A stretch of DNA of 64,000 nucleotides. Source: an uncultured Actinomycetota bacterium (GTDB lineage: Bacteria; Actinomycetota; UBA4738; HRBIN12). Below are positions 39,772-47,616 of this stretch, in pieces (within the stretch, counting starts at the first letter, position 1; each line of letters starts with the position of its first letter). The notes beneath the pieces were generated by a model. That model worked only from the letters and a program-made list of their open reading frames with translations, was not told the DNA's origin and did no database searches. The stretch spans positions 61,888 through 125,887 of the forward strand of contig CAVRUS010000007.1 in assembly GCA_963724415.1 (NCBI GenBank), written 5' to 3'. Position numbers and translations under genes: made by a program.

Positions 39772-40908
39772 ATGCCAGAGTGGCCACCGCAGGAGTTGCA
39801 TCCGGACGCGTACCGACAGCTCGTGGAGGGAGCGCCCGCGGTCCTCTACATCGACCGGCCGGACGAGCTCTCGACCAACCTCTATACGAGCCCGCAGATC
39901 GTGGAGCTCCTCGGCTACAGCGTTCGCGAGTGGATGGAGGACACCGAGCTCTGGGTCCGCTCGATCCATCCCGACGATCGGGAGCGGGTGGTCGGCGAGC
40001 ATCGCAGGACGAACGCTCGGGCCGAGCGGTTCCTGGCCGAGTATCGGCTCACGTCGAAGGCGGGACGCGAGGTGTGGATCCGCGACGAGGCGGTGCCGGT
40101 GCGCGCGGAGGATGGCTCGGTCGTCTACTGGCGCGGCGTGATGACGGACATCACCGCTCAGAAGCACGCTGAGGAGCAGCTCCGCTCGAGTCTGGAGGAG
40201 GTGCGCCGCATGGTGGCCCAGCGGCGCGAGCTGGCGCAGCTCATCGAGACGGCGCAGGAGGAGGAGCGCCGCAGGATCGCCGCCGACATCCACGACGATC
40301 CGATCCAGGTGATGAGCGCCGTGGACATGCGCCTGCAGCTCATGCTGGCCCGTCCCGAGCGGGTGGACGCCCATGAGATCGGCGAGCTGGCGGAAGAGCT
40401 CCGGTCGGCGATCGATCGTCTGCGGAACCTGCTGTTCGAGCTGCGACCGGTGGCCCTCGACCTCGAGGGGCTCACGCCGGCGATCGCGATGTACCTGGAG
40501 CATTCCGCGAAGGAGACCGGCTGGTCATGGGAGGTGATCGACGAGCTCGACGAGGAGCCCGCCGCGGATGAGCGCGTGTCCTTCTATCGGATCGCGCAGG
40601 AGGCGGTGAGCAACGCGCGAAAACACGCGAACGCGACCCATCTCGACGTGCGGTTGACCTCGGTGGACGGCGGGCTGCTCCTCCGCATCGTCGACGACGG
40701 TGACGGGTTCGAGTCGTCCGAGAAACCGCCGCCCGGTCACATGGGATTGGCGACCGTCACGGAGCGCGCGGAGCTCGCCGGCGGGTGGTGCAAGCTCCGG
40801 AGCTCGGTGGGGGAGGGAACGGTCCTCGAGTGCTGGATGCCGACCGGCGGAGTTGCTGGCGGGTCGGAACCCACCACCGATCAGGAGCGCGATCGCGCCG
40901 CTGGCTGA
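39772..40908 (+). CDS. Cytoplasmic PAS sensor histidine kinase (HisKA_3 type)
   Basis: IHPDDR PAS, ERRRIAADIHDD, QEAVSNARKHA, DDGDGF. Confidence 0.88.
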   Translation: MPEWPPQELHPDAYRQLVEGAPAVLYIDRPDELSTNLYTSPQIVELLGYSVREWMEDTELWVRSIHPDDRERVVGEHRRTNARAERFLAEYRLTSKAGREVWIRDEAVPVRAEDGSVVYWRGVMTDITAQKHAEEQLRSSLEEVRRMVAQRRELAQLIETAQEEERRRIAADIHDDPIQVMSAVDMRLQLMLARPERVDAHEIGELAEELRSAIDRLRNLLFELRPVALDLEGLTPAIAMYLEHSAKETGWSWEVIDELDEEPAADERVSFYRIAQEAVSNARKHANATHLDVRLTSVDGGLLLRIVDDGDGFESSEKPPPGHMGLATVTERAELAGGWCKLRSSVGEGTVLECWMPTGGVAGGSEPTTDQERDRAAG

Positions 40909-41312
40909 GGTGGGGGCGGCGGAGGCGGGAGCGCCGGCGTTCCGTGGGGGTGGGTGTCGGGGGTTCGCCGACGTCCGCGGTCGCGGATCACACACTCGAT
41001 GCGCAGCACACCCTTCGTTCGCCCCGCGATCGCGACGGCGAGATCGTGGACCTCGGGAGGAAGGTGCCCGGCCAGGGACGCGGTCCCGGCATGCACTCGT
41101 ACCGTCAACGATGGGGCGCCTCGGGTGCGCGCGTGCCTCGCGAGCGCGGCGCGGAGCCGCGCCTCGATGAGGAGATCGCGGCGGCCGGCTGCGGACGGTG
41201 GCACCGCTCGCAACGCGAATCGGAGCCACCGACCCACCTCCCGGCGGTTCCTCCACGCCCACCACGCCGCCGTCACGCGGCCGAACGGGAAGAGTCTCCA
41301 CAGCCAGGCCAT
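40881..41312 (-). CDS. Hypothetical protein, BON-like
   Basis: MAWLWRLF..; LTVRVHAGTASLAG..TKGVLRI pattern. Confidence 0.5.
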   Translation of the reverse strand: MAWLWRLFPFGRVTAAWWAWRNRREVGRWLRFALRAVPPSAAGRRDLLIEARLRAALARHARTRGAPSLTVRVHAGTASLAGHLPPEVHDLAVAIAGRTKGVLRIECVIRDRGRRRTPDTHPHGTPALPPPPPPPQPAARSRS

Positions 41313-41469
41313 CGCTCGGAACACATCCTTTCCAGTCCGTCTCGCTCCCTCTACCCACGACAGGCACCGTACGAACCGATCCACGATGTTTCTCTCGATG
41401 TCGTCGCGGGTAGCGGCGAGATGAGGGCCGTCGACACCGACGGTCGCTCATCCACAAGGAGGTGGACAC

Positions 41470-41814
41470 ATGTTGGAGATGTGGACCTATCGCACCACCG
41501 TCGTGACGGAGCCTGCGGCCGAGCTGACCGGCTACAAGGTCGAAGCGCGTGACGGCAGCATCGGGAAGGTCGACGAGTCGACCGCCGACGCCGGCAAGAG
41601 TTACATCGTCGTCGACACCGGTCCCTGGATCTTCGGCCGCAAGGTGCTCCTTCCCGCACAGACGGTGGAGCGCATCGATCTCGACTCGCAGACGGTCTTC
41701 GTCGACCGGGCGAAGGACGAGATCAAGAACGCTCCTGAGTTCGATCCCGAGCGTGGGATCGACCCGAGGTACCAGGACGAGCTGGGCGGGTATTACGGAC
41801 AGTACTACTCGTAG
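41470..41814 (+). CDS. PRC-barrel domain protein
   Basis: GYKVEARDGSIGKVD, VVDTGPWIFGRKVLLP, IKNAPEFD; AAGGAGG SD. Confidence 0.9.
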   Translation: MLEMWTYRTTVVTEPAAELTGYKVEARDGSIGKVDESTADAGKSYIVVDTGPWIFGRKVLLPAQTVERIDLDSQTVFVDRAKDEIKNAPEFDPERGIDPRYQDELGGYYGQYYS

Positions 41815-41836
41815 GGAGACCAGCGGATCCGTGGAA

Positions 41837-41869
41837 AGGACCCGGAGGGTGCTATGCCCTCCGGGTCCT
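41837..41869. terminator. Hairpin terminator between convergent genes
   Basis: Perfect 13-bp stem AGGACCCGGAGGG/CCCTCCGGGTCCT. Confidence 0.7.
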
Positions 41870-41893
41870 CCTCCGTTCGTGGCGTCTGCTGGC

Positions 41894-42645
41894 CTACCCG
41901 GACAGGTCGTCCGCCTCGTCGCCCACAGCATCACGTCGTCGGCTCGCGCGGGCGGCGGCTCGGCGACACTCAACCACCGGAGCTTCGCGAACATCCGTTG
42001 GTACGCGGCGTGGAAAGGGAAGATCATCGTCTGCACGAACGCGGTCGAGAGCCGGCGGTTCGTCTGCAGCGCTCGTGCGCGGATGCTCGTGAGCGCTCGA
42101 GACGCGGGAGGGGTCCACACGTAGCCCCCGATCTCGAAGCCGGCCGCCCGGATCTTCTCGAACAGGACCGAAGGCTCGTCCCGCCGAACGTGACCGCAGG
42201 CGTCGTCGAGCGGGGACCAGAGGCTGGCGTGCACCGGGGTCGAGAGGATCAACATCCCGCCCGGTCGGCTGACCCGGGCCATCTCGGCGAGCAGACCGGT
42301 GTCGTCGTGGACGTGCTCGATCACCTCGAAGGCGAGCACCGCATCGAAGGAGTGCTCCGGGAACGGCAGGGCGACACCGGCTCGCGATGTCGTGGCCCCG
42401 CGGGCCGCGAGACGGCTCAGCGCGTGGGCCGAGGCGTCGACGAACGTCGAGGTGGCGACCGGCGCGGTCGGCCGGAGCCCGGGGCCGATCTCGAGCACCG
42501 AGCCGGCGCCGACCCGGGGAGCGACCCAGTTCCACACGTGCGGTCGCACCTGCACCACATGCCGCGACCCGCTCCAATGGTCCTCGTGGTGTTCCTCCAC
42601 TCGCGACGCTCCGCTCGATCCCTGCGCTGACTCCACCTCAGGCAC
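41894..42645 (-). CDS. Class I SAM-dependent methyltransferase (3' end uncertain)
   Basis: VLEIGPG, LPFPEHSFD, EVIEHV, PGGMLILSTP; in-frame stop missing, TAG at 41894 in the neighbouring frame. Confidence 0.7.
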
Positions 42646-42702
42646 CGGTTTCCTCCGCCCCGGTCGTCGAAGCGGCGAGCATACCCGGCCGGATGTGGCG
42701 GA

Positions 42703-43089
42703 TCAGGGGGTCTCCCACAACCCGACCACGTTGCCCTCGCTGTCCTTGAAGTACGCGTAGGCACCCAGGTTCGGGATCTCGGCGCGCGGCTGAACGGTGC
42801 TGCCTCCGCCCGCTTCCACCTTCTTCAGCGACTCGTCGATGGACGTCACGTCGATCGTGATCACCGGTGTGGGCGTGTCCGCGGTCCGCTGGAACAGGCC
42901 GCCATTGATGGCGCCGGGCTCCGTGGGGAGCCGCGTGGCGTCATCGATCGCGGTGGTGGTGACCATCGTGTACATGTTGCCGCCACCCATGTCGGCCTCG
43001 TTCAACTCCCACTCGAACGCGGAGGCGTAGAACTCCCGTGCCCGGGCGACATCGTCGACCGGGATCTCGAAGTGCACGACCTTGTCCAT
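42703..43089 (-). CDS. VOC/glyoxalase family protein
   Basis: VVHFEIP, AINGG, FKDSEGNVVGLWE. Confidence 0.9.
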   Translation of the reverse strand: MDKVVHFEIPVDDVARAREFYASAFEWELNEADMGGGNMYTMVTTTAIDDATRLPTEPGAINGGLFQRTADTPTPVITIDVTSIDESLKKVEAGGGSTVQPRAEIPNLGAYAYFKDSEGNVVGLWETP

Positions 43090-43139
43090 CTCTTCCTCCT
43101 CCCGAGGCCTCGACAGCCTCTCTCGTATGTCTCCCCAAC

Positions 43140-43619
43140 CTACCCCGCGCGACCCGCTCCATCAGGGGCCCGAACACGTCCTCGAGGCAACGCCGCGACG
43201 AACGCTCCGTGCCATCCGATCTCGCCGGGCGGGTTGTCGTCCACCTCCGTCAGCCCGAGCCGTGCCATCATCTCCTCGGCGAAGCGGCGCACGACAGGTA
43301 GCGGCCGCATGAGGACAGTCAGCTCATCGATGAGCCCCCGAGGACCGTTCCTGATCACAGCGGCCGACTGGAGAGTGTTCCCATCGACCTCGCCCTCGAA
43401 GAGCAACACCGTGTCACTCCCGTCGCGGAGTCCGATCCCGTAGGTGGGGATGCCGAAGATAGCGTGCGCAGCTTCGAGCAGTTCCGCGACGGAGTCACGG
43501 CCTGTGACGGGATGGACGAACGCCGGACTGTGGAAGACGACGTCGGAGGCCAACAGATCGGCGAATCGTTCGACCGTTGGCTCCATGCTGCTGACGTGTT
43601 CGAACGGATGACGTGTCAA
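43140..43619 (-). CDS. NTF2/SnoaL-like protein
   Basis: HPF..DVVFHSP..GRD, IDELTVLMRPL. Confidence 0.75.
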   Translation of the reverse strand: MTRHPFEHVSSMEPTVERFADLLASDVVFHSPAFVHPVTGRDSVAELLEAAHAIFGIPTYGIGLRDGSDTVLLFEGEVDGNTLQSAAVIRNGPRGLIDELTVLMRPLPVVRRFAEEMMARLGLTEVDDNPPGEIGWHGAFVAALPRGRVRAPDGAGRAG

Positions 43620-43706
43620 GCCGACTCTCTCGGAGTTGGAGGCGACAGGCTACAGACGCAGGGATCGGTCCCAGAGCCGATGGCGGAGTGAAGGACCGGA
43701 AGAGAG

Positions 43707-43734
43707 ATCGGGGAGTCGCGAACGACTCCCCGAT
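43707..43734 (-). terminator. Terminator downstream of tRNA-Sec
   Basis: Perfect 12-bp stem with UUCG loop on the minus strand, followed by CUCUCUU. Confidence 0.75.
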
Positions 43735-43754
43735 GACTCCCTCTGCTTGCCAAG

Positions 43755-43847
43755 CGGAGGCGGACGGGAATCGAACCCGCCAGAGAGCTCGTCGCCCTCT
43801 CGTCGGTTTTGAAGACCGCGGGGCCCACCAGGAACCCAGACGCCTCC
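43755..43847 (-). tRNA. selC: tRNA-Sec (anticodon UCA)
   Basis: GGAGGCG/CGCCTCC acceptor, 6-bp D stem, CTTCAAA anticodon loop, long 7-bp variable arm, GGTTCGATTCC T-arm, G discriminator; CCA not encoded; -10 TATCCT at 43855-43860. Confidence 0.95.
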
Positions 43848-43900
43848 GGGCCCGAGGATAGCCGCGCGGGCTCCGAGCTTCGTGGTGTACGGTCGCGGAC

Positions 43901-44311
43901 GTGACGGAGCCGCCCTCGAAGCAACGACACATCGCCCTGATCCTGGCGAAGGACCTCGCCGCGAACCTCGCGACCGCCGTGCTCCTCGTCGACCCCGACG
44001 GCGACCTCGTGTTCTTCAACGAGGCGGCGGAGAAGATCCTGGGGCGCCCGTACGCGGAAGCCCAGATGAGTCGCGTGGAACTCGCGAAGACGTTCAAGCC
44101 GGTGGACGCGTCCGGCGCGCCGATCGCGCTCGCGGACCTCCCGCTGGCCGCGGCGTTCCGCGAGGGGATCCCGAGCCACGGGCACCTCCGGATCGAGTCG
44201 ATGGACGGACGGACGCACGATCTCGAGGTCGTGGCCCTGCCGCTGTTCGCCCAGACGGACCAGCTCGTCGGCGGCCTCGCCGTCTTCTGGGAGCCGGCCG
44301 GGGAGGGATGA
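43901..44311 (+). CDS. Stand-alone PAS domain protein
   Basis: LVDPDGDLVFFNEAAEKILG. Confidence 0.82.
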   Translation: MTEPPSKQRHIALILAKDLAANLATAVLLVDPDGDLVFFNEAAEKILGRPYAEAQMSRVELAKTFKPVDASGAPIALADLPLAAAFREGIPSHGHLRIESMDGRTHDLEVVALPLFAQTDQLVGGLAVFWEPAGEG

Positions 44312-44312
44312 C

Positions 44313-45152
44313 GTGCGCGCGAGGTTCTGGGGCTCGCGGGGCTCGTTGGCGTCACCGGGGCCGGACACCGTCCGCACCGGAGGCAACACCTCCTGCGTGG
44401 AGGTGTGGACCGACGACGGGAGCCTGGTCATCCTGGATTCCGGCACCGGGATCCGAGCGCTCGGGGCGTCGCTGGACGGGACGGCGCCGAAGCGCATCGA
44501 CATCCTCCTGAGCCACCTGCACCTCGATCACCTCGAGGGGCTCGGGTTCTTCGCGCCGCTGTGGGACCGGGGCACGGAGCTCCACATCTGGGGTCCCCCC
44601 TCACCGACACGGTCACTCTCCGACAGGATCTCGCAGTACCTGTCGCCTCCGCTGTTCCCGGTCCGACTCGCCGAGGTGCCGGCGCGCCTGGAGCTCCACG
44701 ACGCCCCGTACGAGCCATGGACACTCGGTTCGGCCACGATCTTCGCCCGGCCGATCATCCACCGGGGGCCGACCGTGGGGTACCGGATCGAGGACGGCGG
44801 CCGGAGCCTCGCCTACCTCACGGACCACGAGCCGGCGCTGTCGGTCGACCTGGCGACGGTGGCCCCGGAATGGGTCTCGGGGTTCGAGGTGGCTGACGGG
44901 GTCGACGTCTTGATCCACGACTGCCAGTACACGGAGGAGGAGTATCCGGAGCGCGCGGGGTTCGGGCACTCCAGCACGCAGCACGTCGCCGATTTCGCGC
45001 GGCTCGCCTCGGCTCGGCGGCTGTTGCTGTTCCATCACGACCCGAACCACACCGACGACGACCTCGAGACCCTCTGTGCCCGCGTGCGCGATCTCTGGAG
45101 CGGCGGAGCGGTCGATCTCGCCCGCGAGGGTGAGGAGATCGCCTTCGGCTGA
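44313..45152 (+). CDS. MBL-fold metallo-hydrolase (possible phosphodiesterase)
   Basis: GSRGS, GGNTSC, DSGTG, SHLHLDH, TDHE, GHS, FHHDP. Confidence 0.88.
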   Translation: MRARFWGSRGSLASPGPDTVRTGGNTSCVEVWTDDGSLVILDSGTGIRALGASLDGTAPKRIDILLSHLHLDHLEGLGFFAPLWDRGTELHIWGPPSPTRSLSDRISQYLSPPLFPVRLAEVPARLELHDAPYEPWTLGSATIFARPIIHRGPTVGYRIEDGGRSLAYLTDHEPALSVDLATVAPEWVSGFEVADGVDVLIHDCQYTEEEYPERAGFGHSSTQHVADFARLASARRLLLFHHDPNHTDDDLETLCARVRDLWSGGAVDLAREGEEIAFG

Positions 45153-45209
45153 AACGTTCTCGCGCGTTGGCCCTCAACGTCGCGGGGTGCCCGTACGATG
45201 GTTCTACCG

Positions 45210-46022
45210 ATGGAAGCCGCATTCTTCGACCTGGACAAAACCGTCATCTCGCGGTCGAGCACGCTCGCGCTGTCCCGTCCCCTCTACCGGGCGGGGATGG
45301 TCTCGCGTGGTCAGCTGCTCCGCGGCGCGTACGCGCAGCTCGTCTACCTGCTCGTCGGGGCCGACGAGGGGAAGATGGAGCGCCTGAAGGAAGGGATGCT
45401 TCAGCTCACCAAGGGCTGGGATCGCGCGCAGGTGGAGCGGCTCGTCGAGGACGTGATCTTGGACGTGATCGATCCGTACGTCTACGCCGAGGCACTGGAC
45501 CTGATGGAGCTCCATCGGTCCGAGGGCCGGCGCATCTACATCGTGTCGTCCTCGCCCGAAGAGGTCGTGCGTCCGCTCGCGCGGCACTTCGGCGTGTCCG
45601 GCGTGATCGCCACGCGCGCCGCGATCGGCGAGGACGGCCGGTACACCGGGGAGCTCGAGTACTACGCCTACGGTGAGGGGAAAGCGGAGGCGGTCCGCGC
45701 CGTCGCCGATCGCGTCGGGATCGACCTCTCCCACTCGTTCGCCTACAGCGACTCCGTGACCGACCTGCCGCTGCTCCGTGCCGTCGGACACCCGGTCGCG
45801 GTGAACCCGGACAAGGAGCTGCGCAAGGCCGCGGAAGAGCAGGGTTGGCCGATCCGCGACTTCCATCGGCCCGTGCGGTTGCGCACGCGGATCGCCTCGG
45901 CCGTGCCGGGACCGAAGGCGAGCATCACGGCCGCTCTCGCGGCGGCCGGCGTCGCCGCGGTGCTGATCTGGGTCGTGCTGCGGTCACGCGCCGCCGGCCG
46001 CCGCGCCGCTTCGTCCTCGTGA
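45210..46022 (+). CDS. HAD-IB family hydrolase (Rv3661-like)
   Basis: AAFFDLDKTVI, AYSDSVTDLPLL, VNPD. Confidence 0.88.
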   Translation: MEAAFFDLDKTVISRSSTLALSRPLYRAGMVSRGQLLRGAYAQLVYLLVGADEGKMERLKEGMLQLTKGWDRAQVERLVEDVILDVIDPYVYAEALDLMELHRSEGRRIYIVSSSPEEVVRPLARHFGVSGVIATRAAIGEDGRYTGELEYYAYGEGKAEAVRAVADRVGIDLSHSFAYSDSVTDLPLLRAVGHPVAVNPDKELRKAAEEQGWPIRDFHRPVRLRTRIASAVPGPKASITAALAAAGVAAVLIWVVLRSRAAGRRAASSS

Positions 46023-47101
46023 GGGTCGCACCGCTGGTGCTCGGCCTCGTCTTCCTCTCTGGCGCCTGCGACGGGAGCGTTGTGCAGGCCCCGCCCCTCG
46101 ACCCGCCCTCGGTTGACCCGACCCCCAGCGAGAGTGCCTGCGACACCGTCGAGGTGGGCGGAGCCACCGCCGTGCGGTTCGAGGTGAACGGCTCCTGCGT
46201 CCCGAGCGATGACATGGTGCTCTACCGGTGCGCGCCCGCCGACGTGCCGGTCCTGCGGATCTCGTCGGCGAAGGGGCCTGCCATCTTCCTCGGTGGTCCG
46301 TTCGCGGTCCCCGTCCGCACGCTCCCGGCCCAGGTCCGCTTCGCGGGCACCGGCGACGGGACGGAGGTCCTGATCGCCGATCCGCTCCCACCGAGCCCGT
46401 CGCCGACGACGGAGTCCGCGTCGTCGAGCCCGTCTCCCACGCTGACGCCGACCCCGTCCGTCGTCGAGCCCGTCGTGGAGCCGGAGCCGCTCGTGTACGT
46501 CCGACAGGAGGGGCGCACCGAGAGGTGGCTCCGGCTCGAGGGCCGGCGCGTGCTCCAGGATCCACCCGCGGTGTGGATCGTCGGGGACTCGATCCTGGAC
46601 GGCGGGCGTGACGAGGTCGAAGCGGCCTTCGCCGACTGGGCCGTCACCATCGACGCCGAGGTCGGGCGATCGTCCTCGTCCGGTGTCGAGCTCGCCCGGG
46701 CGGCCGTCGAGCAGGATGCGAACGCCGTCGTGATCGAGCTCGGGACCAACGACGCCTCGGCCAGCGTGTTCCGAGCCCATCTCGTCGAGACACTCGACAT
46801 CCTGGCGGGCGTCCCCCTCGTGATCTGGCAGACGGCCCGCGGACCGGAGGAGGATCTCAGCATCCCCGAGGTGAACGCCGCGATCCGAGACGTGGTTCCG
46901 ACTTACCCGAACGTCGCGATCGCGGATTGGGCCACGTTCGTTCCCGACGAAGCTGTCCAGACCGATGGGATCCACCCGGACGAGGGGTTCCAGGGACTCG
47001 AGGCCGAGCTCCTCGCACCGATGCTCACGGAGTGGCGAGACGCGCTGCAGCGAGAAGGCGCCACCACGTGCGGGCGTGCGGTCCTGCGAGAGACGGCCTG
47101 A
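46019..47101 (+). CDS. Lipoprotein with C-terminal SGNH-like domain
   Basis: Lipobox LSGAC; Pro/Ser/Thr linker; VGDS, ELGTND, DGIHP. Confidence 0.75.
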   Translation: MRVAPLVLGLVFLSGACDGSVVQAPPLDPPSVDPTPSESACDTVEVGGATAVRFEVNGSCVPSDDMVLYRCAPADVPVLRISSAKGPAIFLGGPFAVPVRTLPAQVRFAGTGDGTEVLIADPLPPSPSPTTESASSSPSPTLTPTPSVVEPVVEPEPLVYVRQEGRTERWLRLEGRRVLQDPPAVWIVGDSILDGGRDEVEAAFADWAVTIDAEVGRSSSSGVELARAAVEQDANAVVIELGTNDASASVFRAHLVETLDILAGVPLVIWQTARGPEEDLSIPEVNAAIRDVVPTYPNVAIADWATFVPDEAVQTDGIHPDEGFQGLEAELLAPMLTEWRDALQREGATTCGRAVLRETA

Positions 47102-47115
47102 TCGTTCTCGACACG

Positions 47116-47260
47116 AAGAGAGCGGGAGGAGCAGGTATCAAGCGTCTCGTCTGCTTCGTGCTCGGGCCGCCGGACCTACGTGGCCCGGGGGCCTGAGCAT
47201 GCCTCCCGCGGCAAGACTCGCGCGTGGGTTCTGCTCCCCCCGCAGCTATCTCTCGATAGC
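47116..47260 (-). ncRNA. Candidate stand-alone structured sRNA (~145 nt)
   Basis: Promoter TTGCGG-N18-TACGGT (47296-47267); 5' GCUAUC-GAGA-GAUAGC hairpin; 13-bp closing stem 47243-47231/47134-47122; pyrimidine tail; no downstream ORF. Confidence 0.6.
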
Positions 47261-47303
47261 GGTTCGACCGTACACCCGCTCCGCGAGGGACCGCAAACGG
47301 GGA

Positions 47304-47558
47304 TCAGGAACCAGAGGCGGCGGGATGCTCCAAGAGGTCTGCCAGACGCTCGGCGCGGTCTGCTGCATCCAGAGGCATGCCCGAGGAGACGGCGCGCGCG
47401 ATCAGGAGGAGCTCGCGTTCGACCGTGGGGGCCATCCTGCCCGGCCGACGCTGGACCACCACATCCAGCCGACCGACCGCGCGCTCGAGCCGTCGCATCA
47501 CGACGAGCCCCGGGTTCAGGCGATCCCGGTACTCCGCGAGCGAGACGATCTCTCCCAT
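47304..47558 (-). CDS. Small hypothetical protein (84 aa)
   Basis: MGEIVSLAEYR N-terminus; apparently leaderless, 6 nt after CATGAT. Confidence 0.6.
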   Translation of the reverse strand: MGEIVSLAEYRDRLNPGLVVMRRLERAVGRLDVVVQRRPGRMAPTVERELLLIARAVSSGMPLDAADRAERLADLLEHPAASGS

Positions 47559-47616
47559 GGGGCCATCATGAGGCCCCCCTCTGACACGCCTGGGAGGTTC
47601 CGGATCTTCGGGCGTC

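Noticed and set aside
40525-41893. Long C-terminal extension of the 706-aa ORF
   Set aside because: Antisense shadow of the PRC-barrel gene and neighbours; it crosses a terminator hairpin
43592-43616. Direct repeat TGACGTGT x2 as an operator
   Set aside because: Falls inside the probable 5' coding region of the NTF2-like gene (TTG start at 43619); insufficient support
40918-43770. Genomic island integrated at selC with attachment-site duplication
   Set aside because: Only a 10-nt GC-rich match (GCGGAGGCGG) to the tRNA 3' end near 40918, and no integrase; expected by chance
47116-47260. SAM-I riboswitch or SRP RNA call
   Set aside because: Partial look-alikes only (TATCAAG..GATAG; CAGG..AGCA). 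The SAM-I GCAACC core and a downstream gene are missing, and the SRP GNRA-capped helix is not formed
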